Part shown: piece after piece, positions 1 to 9,244 of the stretch
Layout: every line of letters begins with the position of its first letter
Numbering within the stretch: position 1 is the stretch's first letter
Source: an uncultured Prochlorococcus sp.
Lineage (GTDB): Bacteria; Cyanobacteriota; Cyanobacteriia; PCC-6307; Cyanobiaceae
NCBI GenBank assembly: GCA_902521995.1
Contig: CABYTO010000003.1
Location: 44,475-108,474, forward strand
Direction of reading: 5' to 3'
DNA: 64,000 nt
Program-made: the position numbers and the translations under genes
The notes under the pieces: model-generated
Seen by the model: the letters and a program-made list of their open reading frames with translations, nothing else
What the model was told of the DNA's origin: nothing
The model's database searches: none

Positions 1-1
1 C

Positions 2-715
2 GACTTCATAATTAGGAAACTCGATACTTCAAAATTTATTAAAAAAAAAATTTATGGTCCTAAGCAAAATCCATTTTGTCCTTGGGAAAAGATACTAGAA
101 ATTGATAAAATTGGTGATAATCATCAATTAATATTAAATAAGTACCCTGTACAAAAAGGTCATATTTTACTTATTACAAATGAATGGAAACCTCAAAATG
201 GATGGTTAGATATTAAAGATTGGAGAGCGATCCAACAAGTTAATAAAGATACTAGTGGATTATGGTTTTTCAATAGTTCTCCAATTGCGGGAGCAAGTCA
301 ACCCCACAGGCATTTTCAACTTCTGCGTAGATCTAAAGGTGAGATATCATGCCCTAGAGAAAAGTGGTTTTTAGAGATGAACTCATATAAAGATCTAGAT
401 AGTAAGCTTAAAAAAAATATTATTGTATCTAAATTTAATTTTATAGAAAATCCATCATGTCTTTTTGAATTTTACTTAGAATTATGTAAAAAATTAGGAC
501 TTGGGGACCCTATTAGTGATAAGAAACCGATATATCCTTACAATATTTTAATAACTAATAAATGGATCGCTATTATAAAAAGAAAGAATGATCACATTCA
601 TGGTTTCAGTATTAACGGTTTAGGATTTGCTGGATATCTATTAGTAACTGAAAATTCAAATATTAGTTATTTAAAGAAATTTGGACCTGAAAAACTTCTA
701 GAAAGTTTTGTTTGA
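2..715 (+). CDS. ATP adenylyltransferase / Ap4A phosphorylase II family protein (5' end outside window)
   Basis: Hand translation shows frame 2 open from the window edge with no stop in 2..376, joining track ORF 377..715. It contains LNKYPVQKGHILLIT and GASQPHRHFQLL, the histidine motif of the ATP adenylyltransferase family. Confidence 0.7.
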   Translation, partial: DFIIRKLDTSKFIKKKIYGPKQNPFCPWEKILEIDKIGDNHQLILNKYPVQKGHILLITNEWKPQNGWLDIKDWRAIQQVNKDTSGLWFFNSSPIAGASQPHRHFQLLRRSKGEISCPREKWFLEMNSYKDLDSKLKKNIIVSKFNFIENPSCLFEFYLELCKKLGLGDPISDKKPIYPYNILITNKWIAIIKRKNDHIHGFSINGLGFAGYLLVTENSNISYLKKFGPEKLLESFV

Positions 716-718
716 ATA

Positions 719-898
719 CTAATTAGTTAATTCAACTTCCTTATCCCTGCTTATTTGGCTTTCAAGAACTTCTATAGAGGCTGTTACGGAGGCAATTTTA
801 CGTTCAAGTGAATCCTTAATATAATTGAGCATTTCTAATTTCTTATGTTGATAAAAACTCTTTTTTTCTTTAGATGACTTGAAATAACAGTTAAACAT
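719..898 (-). CDS. hypothetical small protein (59 aa, coiled-coil-like)
   Basis: Hand-found ATG..TAG ORF (MFNCYFKSSKEKKSFYQHKKLEMLNYIKDSLERKIASVTASIEVLESQISRDKEVELTN), just under the track cut-off. It fills an otherwise empty spacer. ORF evidence only. Confidence 0.25.
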   Translation of the reverse strand: MFNCYFKSSKEKKSFYQHKKLEMLNYIKDSLERKIASVTASIEVLESQISRDKEVELTN

Positions 899-1040
899 TT
901 TTATCCCATTATAAAAAGATACTTAATTGACTTGCGACATAAAAATAAATTGGTTTTAATTTAAAAACAGTATTCCGTATGGACTTTCAATATTTTTTGA
1001 ATAAAATTAAATAAATTCCACATTATACAAGAAAATATTA

Positions 1041-2051
1041 TTGAATATTCCTGAAAATTCAAATACAAAAAGAATTTCAATTGATTTACCTGAGGAACTA
1101 ATTTCCAGGTTTGATCAATTACGAAAAGATTGGGGATTTAGAGCAAGAGGACCTGTAATAGAAAAGATACTTAAAGAACTTCTTCAAGAAGATGATTTAC
1201 TACCTAAGAACCAACAGCAAGAAATAGACTTTAGCGAGAATAATAATAATGAAAATTTAAATATTGATGAAGATACTGCATTGGTATTAATTAAATCAGA
1301 CAAAAAAAAAGAAGCTAATGAGATATCTTTGAATAAAAGATTTACTAATAACATTCAATATAAAGAAAAAGCCAACTCAAACATAAGCCTTCCCAATTTT
1401 GTTGAAAAAAAAGTAAAGAATCTAAGAAGAAGTATTAATAGTGAAAAATTAAAGGAAAATATTAATGATATTCAAATTAATACAATTAAAGAAACTGAAT
1501 TAATAAAATGTCGTATTGAGTTAATTAGTCATTGGAAAACCTTATATGGATCAGTTCCTAATGATCATGTAGTGGAAGCTTCAATGGATTGGTTTGAAAG
1601 GGATATATGGCCAAATCTTGATGGAACTGAAAATCTACCCTTTACGTGGAGTGCAGCCAATAAATTAATGTCAGAATTATGCCCATTTTGGATTAAGAAA
1701 AATCCATCCCTTGAAATTGTTTTATTAATGATTGGCGTTTTAGAAGACCCTTTTGCTACATCAGACCTGATAAATAGAGTACCAACACTTATGAGAAGGT
1801 TTGTAAGTAGATTTAAGCGAAATAATAGATCAAATTCATTTGAAACTTTGGACTCAACAATGACAGTACAGGGAGCACTTAAATTATTGAATTTATCAAC
1901 ATCCGCAGGATCCGCTCATACGTTCCGTAAAATTAGGGAGGCTTATAAATCAATAGCCTTAGAGACGCATCCAGATGCTGGAGGATCAACAGATCAAATG
2001 AGAAAATTAAATGAAGCGTATCAATTGCTAAAAAATCTATATAGAAATTAG
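1041..2051 (+). CDS. J-domain (DnaJ-like) protein with ribbon-helix-helix-like N-terminus
   Basis: The C-terminus FRKIREAYKSIALETHPDAGGSTDQMRKLNEAYQLLKNLY is a J-domain with HPD. The N-terminus KRISIDLPEELISRFDQLRKDW resembles a CopG/RHH strand-helix. TTG start. Confidence 0.7.
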   Translation: MNIPENSNTKRISIDLPEELISRFDQLRKDWGFRARGPVIEKILKELLQEDDLLPKNQQQEIDFSENNNNENLNIDEDTALVLIKSDKKKEANEISLNKRFTNNIQYKEKANSNISLPNFVEKKVKNLRRSINSEKLKENINDIQINTIKETELIKCRIELISHWKTLYGSVPNDHVVEASMDWFERDIWPNLDGTENLPFTWSAANKLMSELCPFWIKKNPSLEIVLLMIGVLEDPFATSDLINRVPTLMRRFVSRFKRNNRSNSFETLDSTMTVQGALKLLNLSTSAGSAHTFRKIREAYKSIALETHPDAGGSTDQMRKLNEAYQLLKNLYRN

Positions 2052-2060
2052 TATACCAAT

Positions 2061-2107
2061 TCTCATATAAGACTATTTTTAAGTCTAATTAATAGTCTTA
2101 TATAAGA
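2061..2107. repeat. 14-bp inverted repeat (one mismatch) built from two copies of the TCTyATATrAGA palindrome
   Basis: TCTCATATAAGACT (2061..2074) pairs with AGTCTTATATAAGA (2094..2107). It starts 10 nt after the stop of the J-domain gene. Confidence 0.6.
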
Positions 2108-2225
2108 TAGATGTTAAGTTCAAATATTTTTTGTTTTCACTAATTATTTTTATTCAAATTTATGAAAACATTAATTATATATAAATGAAATTAAAATAAA
2201 ATAAAGAATTTCATTGTATAATATT

Positions 2226-2239
2226 TCTTATATAAGACT
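2226..2239. repeat. palindromic motif copy TCTTATATAAGACT
   Basis: TCTTATATAAGA is a perfect 12-nt palindrome, followed by two half-sites: TATAAGTCT (2243..2251) and ATATAGTCTC (2255..2264). Confidence 0.55.
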
Positions 2240-2458
2240 TATTATAAGTCTAGCATATAGTCTCAAAAGAGATAAATAAGATAAATTAATTATCAATTTG
2301 GAGAAACCATATCCAAACTGTTTATTGCCTAGGAAAAATTAAAAATTGTAAAATAAATCAATAGACTACGTCCTTTTAATGTCCAAGAAATTTATAAGGG
2401 CTAGAAGGCCTTGCTATTAGGGACTTTTATGTCTTTCTGTACTGCCTTATAGACAGTA

Positions 2459-2719
2459 CTACTTACTTTGGAGCTTTTGGATCGCAGTTTGCTTGTCAAT
2501 ACTAGGTACATCGCTTAAACCGTTAGCGTCAAACCATGGAGCGCTAGCCCAATCAAACCCTTCACCAAAAGTGTTATCTGGAGAAGCTATGTACCAATGG
2601 CAAGAAGCGTCAGGAACATCGACAGCACATTTTGACCAATCATCTGACCACTGAGGGACTTGTACCCACAGAACTGAAGATATCAATAGAGATAATAAAT
2701 TGATCATGTTAATTATCAT
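2459..2719 (-). CDS. small secreted Trp-rich protein (86 aa), unknown function
   Basis: Track ORF. The N-terminal hydrophobic signal-like segment is MIINMINLLSLLISSVLWV. The mature part has 7 Trp, 2 Cys and many Asp. Hand-counted GC over 2461..2700 is about 43%, clearly above the flanks. Confidence 0.5.
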   Translation of the reverse strand: MIINMINLLSLLISSVLWVQVPQWSDDWSKCAVDVPDASCHWYIASPDNTFGEGFDWASAPWFDANGLSDVPSIDKQTAIQKLQSK

Positions 2720-2786
2720 ACAACATTAATTAGTTTTATAGGATTATTACTTATCTTATTTAAGAATTATTCTTAGACTATGTTAA

Positions 2787-2802
2787 AGTCTCATATGAGA
2801 CT
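2787..2802. repeat. perfect 16-nt palindrome AGTCTCATATGAGACT
   Basis: Read directly. It lies between the pheT stop (2813) and the start of the 86-aa ORF (2719) and has the same core as the 2061-2264 copies. Confidence 0.6.
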
Positions 2803-2812
2803 AGCAATACAC

Positions 2813-5257
2813 CTAATTCCTCAATTTAGTATTAAAAGATTTTTCAACAATAGAAATGATATTGGAATGTATTGATGTAATGTCAGAGTCTAGTAATGTT
2901 TTATCTTTATCTCTATAAGATAATCTGAATGTATAACTTATATGATCATCTCCAAATTTATTATCTTCAAAAACATCTATTAAATTTACATCCTCTAAGA
3001 GACTTTTTCCTGTTTTTCTTATCTGTGATGTTATTTCACTAATTAAAAATTTCTTACTGAAAACAAAATTTATATCCCTTTCCATTTTCGGAACAATTGG
3101 GTATTGCTTATATATTGGAATCCATTTATTTTTTCTTGTACTTGCTCCCAAGAGATTAGAAATATTTATGTTAAATAAATAAACTTTTTTTAATGACTTC
3201 TTTTCAAATATTAGTTTAGGATGTATTTCACCAAAATAACCTGCATCCTTCCCCTCAATAAGAAGTTTAGCTGTTCTTCCTGGATGAAGAAAATCAATTG
3301 AATCATTAGGTTTATCCTCAATTTTAATGTTCAATGATGATAAAGCCTCCTTTAACTTTCCTCTTGCTTGGTAATAATTTAGATCGTTATCATTACCCGA
3401 ATTCATCCATTTTCCAAATTTTCTATTTCCATATATCGCGCCATTCAGAACTTCTTCTTGAATGAACTCAGTTTTCTTTTGAAAAACATTTCCAATTTCA
3501 AATATATAACAACTTGCTTGTCCAGCTTTTATATTACGATTCACTATCTCCAAATGTTCCTTCCAGATATTATCTCTAAGACAACTTGTTTCTAATAGCA
3601 AAGGATTAGAAATTTTTATAAGTTTTTCATTATCTTCAGGAACAAGAGAGTAGCTTAGTACCTCATTAAAACCATTTTCTATAAAACCATTTTTTACTTT
3701 TCTCAATGCCAACTGTTCTGATGACAATTTTCCAGGCTTAATTGGATTTGGAAGGTTTAAGTCGAATCTGTCATACCCTATTAATCTTGCTATTTCTTCA
3801 ATTAAATCTATTTCTCTTATTAAATCATTTGATCTATTAGGAATTACTGCTACATCCCAGCCATATTCTTTATTCTTTAAAGTACAACCTATGAGTGTTA
3901 ATTTATCAACTATTTCATTATCAGATAAATTTCTTTTTTCGAATTGATCATTAATTATTAATGGACCAAGAATTTTATGTATTCGATTTCTCCGTAGTTT
4001 AATAAATATATCCTCATTATTTATTAAGTTAGAAGTATTGATGATTGGTGAATTAATAGAAAAATATTCTTCTAAAAGATTAATTGCCCTTGTTACAGAA
4101 TTTATTGTATTTTTTGATGAAATCCCTTTTTCATACCTGCTGCTGGATTCTGTTCTTATGCCAACTGCCTTTGAAGATTTTCTTATAGTAACTGGATTAA
4201 AAACAGCGCCTTCCAGGTAAATAGATGAGGTAGTATTAGTTACAGAAGTCTCTAAACCGCCTATAACCCCAGCAATAGCTACCGGTTTATCACAACAAGT
4301 AATAACTGTGATATTGTCATTTAAGTAATATTCTTTACCATCTAAGCAAATCAAGCTTTCGTTATCCTTGCCTTTTCTTACAGAGAAATCTTCTGGAGAA
4401 ACTTCCTTACCAATTAAGTTTGATAGTTTATCTTTATCAAACGCATGCAAAGGTTGACCTTGTTCTAAAAGAATATAATTTGTCAAATCAACTAGAAGAT
4501 TAATAGATTTTATACCTGATTTTTCTATACGATCTTTTAGCCAATTTGGGGATAATTTCTCTCCATTTACTCCATCAATGCAACTTATTGTATAAATGCA
4601 ATTAGATTCTATGGCCTCTGGGCAAAGTTTTATTCCCTTAAGTAAATTAATTTTGTAATTATGGTTTAATTCTGGAAAAGTTAAGGTGGATTCTAAAAGG
4701 GCAGAAATTTCACGGGCTATACCCATAACAGACATTCCGTCAGGTCTATTAGCTGTAATGGCTAAATCATATATAAAATCATTTAATTGAAGCAATTCAG
4801 CCCCTGGAGTGCCCAATTCATGTTTTAAGGCTAAATCTTCATCAATGATCTCTATCCCTTCGCTAGAGTCCTCTAAACCAAGTTCCTGAAGTGAACATAT
4901 CATTCCTTCACTCATGACACCTCTAATTTCACTTCTTTTAATAGTTAAATCAACCGCATTTAATTTCGCGCCGACAGTAGCAACATAAACATAAATATTT
5001 GGTTTAATATTGCTCGCACCACAGATAATTTGTAAATTCTTTGAATTACCAATATCAACTTGGCAAATTGAAAGTTTGTCAGAACCTTCGTGTTTTAAAA
5101 CAGATAATACCTTACCTAAAACAACACCATTTACATTTTCTGAACAATCTTTTAATGATTCAACCTCAAACCCACCGATAGACAATTTCTCAGAAAGATC
5201 TTCGGGAGTAGAAGTAATTTCTACTAAATATTTCAACCAATTTTGAGAAACTTTCAT
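2813..5257 (-). CDS. pheT: phenylalanine--tRNA ligase beta subunit
   Basis: 814 aa. N-terminal tRNA-binding OB (GKVLSVLKHEGSDKLSICQVDIG), B3/4 and B5 regions, and a C-terminal anticodon-binding-like domain give the typical PheT architecture. Confidence 0.95.
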   Translation of the reverse strand: MKVSQNWLKYLVEITSTPEDLSEKLSIGGFEVESLKDCSENVNGVVLGKVLSVLKHEGSDKLSICQVDIGNSKNLQIICGASNIKPNIYVYVATVGAKLNAVDLTIKRSEIRGVMSEGMICSLQELGLEDSSEGIEIIDEDLALKHELGTPGAELLQLNDFIYDLAITANRPDGMSVMGIAREISALLESTLTFPELNHNYKINLLKGIKLCPEAIESNCIYTISCIDGVNGEKLSPNWLKDRIEKSGIKSINLLVDLTNYILLEQGQPLHAFDKDKLSNLIGKEVSPEDFSVRKGKDNESLICLDGKEYYLNDNITVITCCDKPVAIAGVIGGLETSVTNTTSSIYLEGAVFNPVTIRKSSKAVGIRTESSSRYEKGISSKNTINSVTRAINLLEEYFSINSPIINTSNLINNEDIFIKLRRNRIHKILGPLIINDQFEKRNLSDNEIVDKLTLIGCTLKNKEYGWDVAVIPNRSNDLIREIDLIEEIARLIGYDRFDLNLPNPIKPGKLSSEQLALRKVKNGFIENGFNEVLSYSLVPEDNEKLIKISNPLLLETSCLRDNIWKEHLEIVNRNIKAGQASCYIFEIGNVFQKKTEFIQEEVLNGAIYGNRKFGKWMNSGNDNDLNYYQARGKLKEALSSLNIKIEDKPNDSIDFLHPGRTAKLLIEGKDAGYFGEIHPKLIFEKKSLKKVYLFNINISNLLGASTRKNKWIPIYKQYPIVPKMERDINFVFSKKFLISEITSQIRKTGKSLLEDVNLIDVFEDNKFGDDHISYTFRLSYRDKDKTLLDSDITSIHSNIISIVEKSFNTKLRN

Positions 5258-5358
5258 ATATATTTTTTAATCAATGATGATAAAAGAAATGAGTATATCT
5301 TCAAAAAAGTTTGTTGAAGATGTACAATAGAAAATTATACAATAAAGTCTTAATTAAA

Positions 5359-5553
5359 ATGGCCAAAAAAGGGACAAGAGTTGTGGTGACCCTGGAATGT
5401 ACCGAAGCTAGGACAAGCACAGATCCTAAGAGATCGAATGGTGTTTCAAGATATACTACTGAAAAGAATCGTAGAAATACAACTGAAAGATTAGAGCTAA
5501 AAAAGTTTAATCCTCATTTAAACAGAATGACAATTCATAAAGAAATTAAGTAA
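5359..5553 (+). CDS. rpmG: 50S ribosomal protein L33
   Basis: [20 protein letters not shown]...[35 protein letters not shown] use the internal ATG at 5359 rather than the track start at 5311. Confidence 0.9.
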   Translation: MAKKGTRVVVTLECTEARTSTDPKRSNGVSRYTTEKNRRNTTERLELKKFNPHLNRMTIHKEIK

Positions 5554-5570
5554 TCAAATCAAATTAAATC

Positions 5571-5792
5571 ATGCCTAATTCAATTTTTAAAAAACAATTA
5601 TCACCTATCAAACCTGGAGATCCTATTGACTATAAGGATGTAGAACTACTAAAAAAATTCATCACTGAAAGGGGTAAAATTTTACCAAGAAGGATGACAG
5701 GTTTAACCTCTAAACAACAAAAAGATCTTACATTAGCTGTTAAAAGAGCCAGAATTGTAGCACTTCTACCCTTTGTAAATCCTGAAGGATAA
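5571..5792 (+). CDS. rpsR: 30S ribosomal protein S18
   Basis: [50 protein letters not shown] is the canonical S18 core. It sits immediately downstream of rpmG. Confidence 0.95.
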   Translation: MPNSIFKKQLSPIKPGDPIDYKDVELLKKFITERGKILPRRMTGLTSKQQKDLTLAVKRARIVALLPFVNPEG

Positions 5793-5838
5793 TTTCATAT
5801 TGAATATAAGTTGGCTGAATAATTAATATCTCAAATAT

Positions 5839-7023
5839 TTGAAAGATTTAACTAAATTAAAAACATATATTATTGACTCCGATGATCCACATGAGGTTGA
5901 TGACGCTATTTCATTAGAAATAAAAGAAGGAAATAAAAAAAAATTATGGATACATATTAGTAATCCATGCAAACTCTTTTTGCATGATTCTAATATTGAT
6001 TTTAATGCAAGAAAGAGAAATAGCAGTTTATATTTAATTGATCAATATGTCCCAATGCTCCCTAAAGATATTCTTGAAAAGGCAAATCTAGCTCAAAATA
6101 AAATTTCAGAAACTATTAGTGCAGCAATAGAATTCAATGACGATGGATCAATAAATAAATACGAAATAACTGAAGCAATAATAAAACCAAAATATCAATT
6201 AACATATGAAGATGCAAATGAAATATTAGAAATAGAACCAAAAGAAGAAAAAGAATTAATTGAGATTAAAAATTTATTAGAAAAAAGTATTACATTCAGA
6301 AAGAAACAAGGAGCAATTATTTTTGAAAGTCCTAATAGTAAAATTAAATTATATGAGAATAAGATTATACTAACTAAATTAGAGAAAACAATATCACAAA
6401 TTATAGTTGCAGAATCAATGATATTAATGGGTTATGTAACAAGTTTATTTATAAATAAATATAATTTAGCGGCTCCATTTAGGATTCAAAAATTAAACTG
6501 CAATCCATCTGAAATAATAAATAGGTACAATGATAGTGATGTTAAATATATAATATTAAAACAATATATGGGAAGAAGTTACATAACTAATAAGCCAGGA
6601 ATCCATGAATCATTAGGCCTTAAAATGTATGTACAATGTACTTCACCATTAAGAAGATATCTTGATTTAATTATACAAAGGCAAGTCTATAATAAAATTA
6701 ATAATTACGAAGTTCTTAGTAAGGATTCTGTCTCTAAGATTATTGATTATTCAAAGATTAGACAATCAGAGAATAATAATATATTTAAAAATAATAAATT
6801 AAAATATTTAACATTATTTTTTAAGAATGAAAAAAAACCTTTTTATAAAATAATATTCGTTAAATGGATTAATCATAAAAAAAATATTGCTTTGGTTTAT
6901 TTTCCAGATTATTCACTAGAAATACTTATTACTTTTTTTGTATCGATAGAAATATATAGTAATAAAATATATAAAGTTAAATATATTATAAATGATAGTA
7001 ATCTTTTAGAGTTTATTTACTAG
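5839..7023 (+). CDS. rnb: RNB-domain 3'-5' exoribonuclease (RNase II family, catalytic domain only)
   Basis: IDSDDPHEVDDAISL (RNB motif I aspartates) and TSPLRRYLDLIIQRQ (motif IV) are both intact. TTG start, with an in-frame TAA 5 codons upstream, so no CSD or S1 domain can be attached. Confidence 0.8.
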   Translation: MKDLTKLKTYIIDSDDPHEVDDAISLEIKEGNKKKLWIHISNPCKLFLHDSNIDFNARKRNSSLYLIDQYVPMLPKDILEKANLAQNKISETISAAIEFNDDGSINKYEITEAIIKPKYQLTYEDANEILEIEPKEEKELIEIKNLLEKSITFRKKQGAIIFESPNSKIKLYENKIILTKLEKTISQIIVAESMILMGYVTSLFINKYNLAAPFRIQKLNCNPSEIINRYNDSDVKYIILKQYMGRSYITNKPGIHESLGLKMYVQCTSPLRRYLDLIIQRQVYNKINNYEVLSKDSVSKIIDYSKIRQSENNNIFKNNKLKYLTLFFKNEKKPFYKIIFVKWINHKKNIALVYFPDYSLEILITFFVSIEIYSNKIYKVKYIINDSNLLEFIY

Positions 7024-7092
7024 TAAGATAATAAATATACTAGCTTGTTATTAGTTTAAAAAAATATCTGTTAGTATTAATAAAAAAGCTTT

Positions 7093-8637
7093 ATGACTTT
7101 TGTCATTACTACACCTTTATACTATGTCAATGATAAACCTCATTTAGGAAGTGTATATACAACAATAATTTGTGACTCAATAGCAAGGTATAAAAGGCTT
7201 GCAGGTGAAGATGTTATTTTCATTACTGGTGTTGATGAACATGGATTGAAAATACAAAGAACAGCTAATGAAAAGGGTATTGAACCAAAATCACATTGTG
7301 ATGAAATATCAGAAGTTTTTAATAATAATTGGAAAAATTGGAATATTTCCTTTGATAAATTTATTAGAACAAGCTCAAAAAATCATGAATTTATTGTGAA
7401 TGAGTTTTATGAAAGAGTAAAAGCATCAGATGATATCTATATGGGAGTTCAAAAAGGGTGGTATTGTGTCGGTTGTGAAGAATTTAAAGATAATCCTGAA
7501 AACTCATCGACATACAAGTGTCCAATACATCAAAAAAATCTAGAATGGAAAAATGAAGAGAATCTCTTTTTTAGACTTTCAAAATATCAAAAAGAAATTG
7601 AGAAAATAATCAACGAAAATTTTTTTATAGAGCCAATAGAAAGAAAGAATGAAATTATAAATTTTGTATCTAGAGGTTTAAAGGATTTTTCAATTTCAAG
7701 AACAAATGTTTCATGGGGAATTCCTGTCCCTGGTTACGATAACCATACCTTTTATGTATGGTTTGATGCTTTACTTGGGTATGTAAGCGCCATTAGTTCT
7801 GATGAGACAGAACATTTATTGGAAAAATCAATTAATGGAGGATGGCCAGCTGATGTTCATTTTATTGGTAAAGACATTCTAAGATTCCATGCTGTATATT
7901 GGCCCGCAATGCTCATTTCTGCCAATATGAAAGTTCCAAAAAAGGTTTTTGGGCACGGGTTTCTTACAAGAGAGGGGCAAAAAATGGGTAAAAGCTTGGG
8001 AAATGTACTTGACCCTGATTTATTGCTTTCAAAATATGGAAATGATCCTGTTAGGTGGTATCTCATTAAAGACATTTCACTAGGAAATGATGGAGATTTT
8101 CAAGATAAAAGATTTGTTGACATTATCAATAATGACTTAGCTAATACAATTGGCAACTTATTAAATAGAACATCATCTATGTCTAGAAAATGGTTTGATA
8201 ATAAAGTGCCAAACAATGAAAATTTTTTAAGTGAAAATAAATTAGAGAATTCTGCCAAAATAGCAGTCGAGAACTATATTCATAACTTTGATAACTACAA
8301 ATTAGATCTAGCAGCTAATGAAGTACTTAGCCTAGCAATTAATACAAATTTGTATTTGAATGATAATCAGCCATGGCTCTTAATAAAAGAGAAAGATAAT
8401 CTACCTCTAGTGAAACAAATTATTTATAACGTTTTAGAAAGTACCCGAATAATAGGATTGTTATTACTACCTTTATTACCCGAATTATCTACAAAAATTA
8501 ATGAACAACTTGGTTCTATATACAGTGAAGAAATTCCTTGGAAAAAACAATTAATTTGGGGATTATTAGTAAGTAATTCAAGTCTACCTAAACCTACTCC
8601 AATCATAAATAAACTGGAGTATGAGCAACATTTATAG
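7093..8637 (+). CDS. metG: methionine--tRNA ligase
   Basis: Class I signatures PHLGSVY (HIGH-type) and KMGKSLGN (KMSKS), plus a CxxC...CP zinc knuckle (CVGCEEF...KCPIH). Confidence 0.95.
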   Translation: MTFVITTPLYYVNDKPHLGSVYTTIICDSIARYKRLAGEDVIFITGVDEHGLKIQRTANEKGIEPKSHCDEISEVFNNNWKNWNISFDKFIRTSSKNHEFIVNEFYERVKASDDIYMGVQKGWYCVGCEEFKDNPENSSTYKCPIHQKNLEWKNEENLFFRLSKYQKEIEKIINENFFIEPIERKNEIINFVSRGLKDFSISRTNVSWGIPVPGYDNHTFYVWFDALLGYVSAISSDETEHLLEKSINGGWPADVHFIGKDILRFHAVYWPAMLISANMKVPKKVFGHGFLTREGQKMGKSLGNVLDPDLLLSKYGNDPVRWYLIKDISLGNDGDFQDKRFVDIINNDLANTIGNLLNRTSSMSRKWFDNKVPNNENFLSENKLENSAKIAVENYIHNFDNYKLDLAANEVLSLAINTNLYLNDNQPWLLIKEKDNLPLVKQIIYNVLESTRIIGLLLLPLLPELSTKINEQLGSIYSEEIPWKKQLIWGLLVSNSSLPKPTPIINKLEYEQHL

Positions 8638-9244
8638 ATTTATAATTTTTCTTCCATTATTTATGCTTGGTTGCGCCCCAAATGTAATTGATGAAAATAA
8701 AGTTAAACAAAACATGGACAGTTTAAATATGACTATTTTCTCTAAAAGTGGAGATAAAATATATTCAATTACCAGTCCAGAATCTAGTTATGACAATATT
8801 GAATTAAAATTCGAATTAAAAAAACCTACCATTTATATTCTCAATGGGGAAGAAATTAAATATATTATTAGTTCAGAAGAATCATCATTATCAGACAACA
8901 ATAAACTCCTGAAATTGAAGAGAAATGTTAAATTAAAAATTCTTAAAAAAGATGGGGATATATTATATGGTGATAATTTTATCTGGAATATAGACAATAC
9001 AAACTATCTGCTTGAGGGTAATATAAGATTTGAGAATCAAAATATCATATTAAATTCAGGAAAAGCCATATTGGGTTCAGATAACATAATTGAATTTTTC
9101 AATCCAGTAAAATATATTATTAAAGATGAAAATAACAAAAATAATTATGAAATAAACTCAGAAAATGCTTTCTATAATTTAGATACTGAATCAGTAAGCT
9201 TTGAAGCAAAAGATAAAAGAGTTAAATCAATAATATATTTTTAA
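8621..9244 (+). CDS. putative lipoprotein (possibly LptC/OstA-like beta-jellyroll)
   Basis: Lipobox FMLGC after a hydrophobic leader. It overlaps the metG stop by 17 nt. The family assignment is tentative. Confidence 0.5.
   Translation: MSNIYRFIIFLPLFMLGCAPNVIDENKVKQNMDSLNMTIFSKSGDKIYSITSPESSYDNIELKFELKKPTIYILNGEEIKYIISSEESSLSDNNKLLKLKRNVKLKILKKDGDILYGDNFIWNIDNTNYLLEGNIRFENQNIILNSGKAILGSDNIIEFFNPVKYIIKDENNKNNYEINSENAFYNLDTESVSFEAKDKRVKSIIYF

Noticed and set aside
4038-5246. Plus-strand ORFs 4038..4220 and 5010..5246.
   Set aside because: They are nested antisense inside pheT.
5311-5358. N-terminal extension of L33 (track start at 5311).
   Set aside because: The L33 consensus begins at MAKKG (ATG at 5359), and the 16 extra residues are not L33-like. 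By the same logic I moved the rsfS start to 51034 and the HNH start to 58492.
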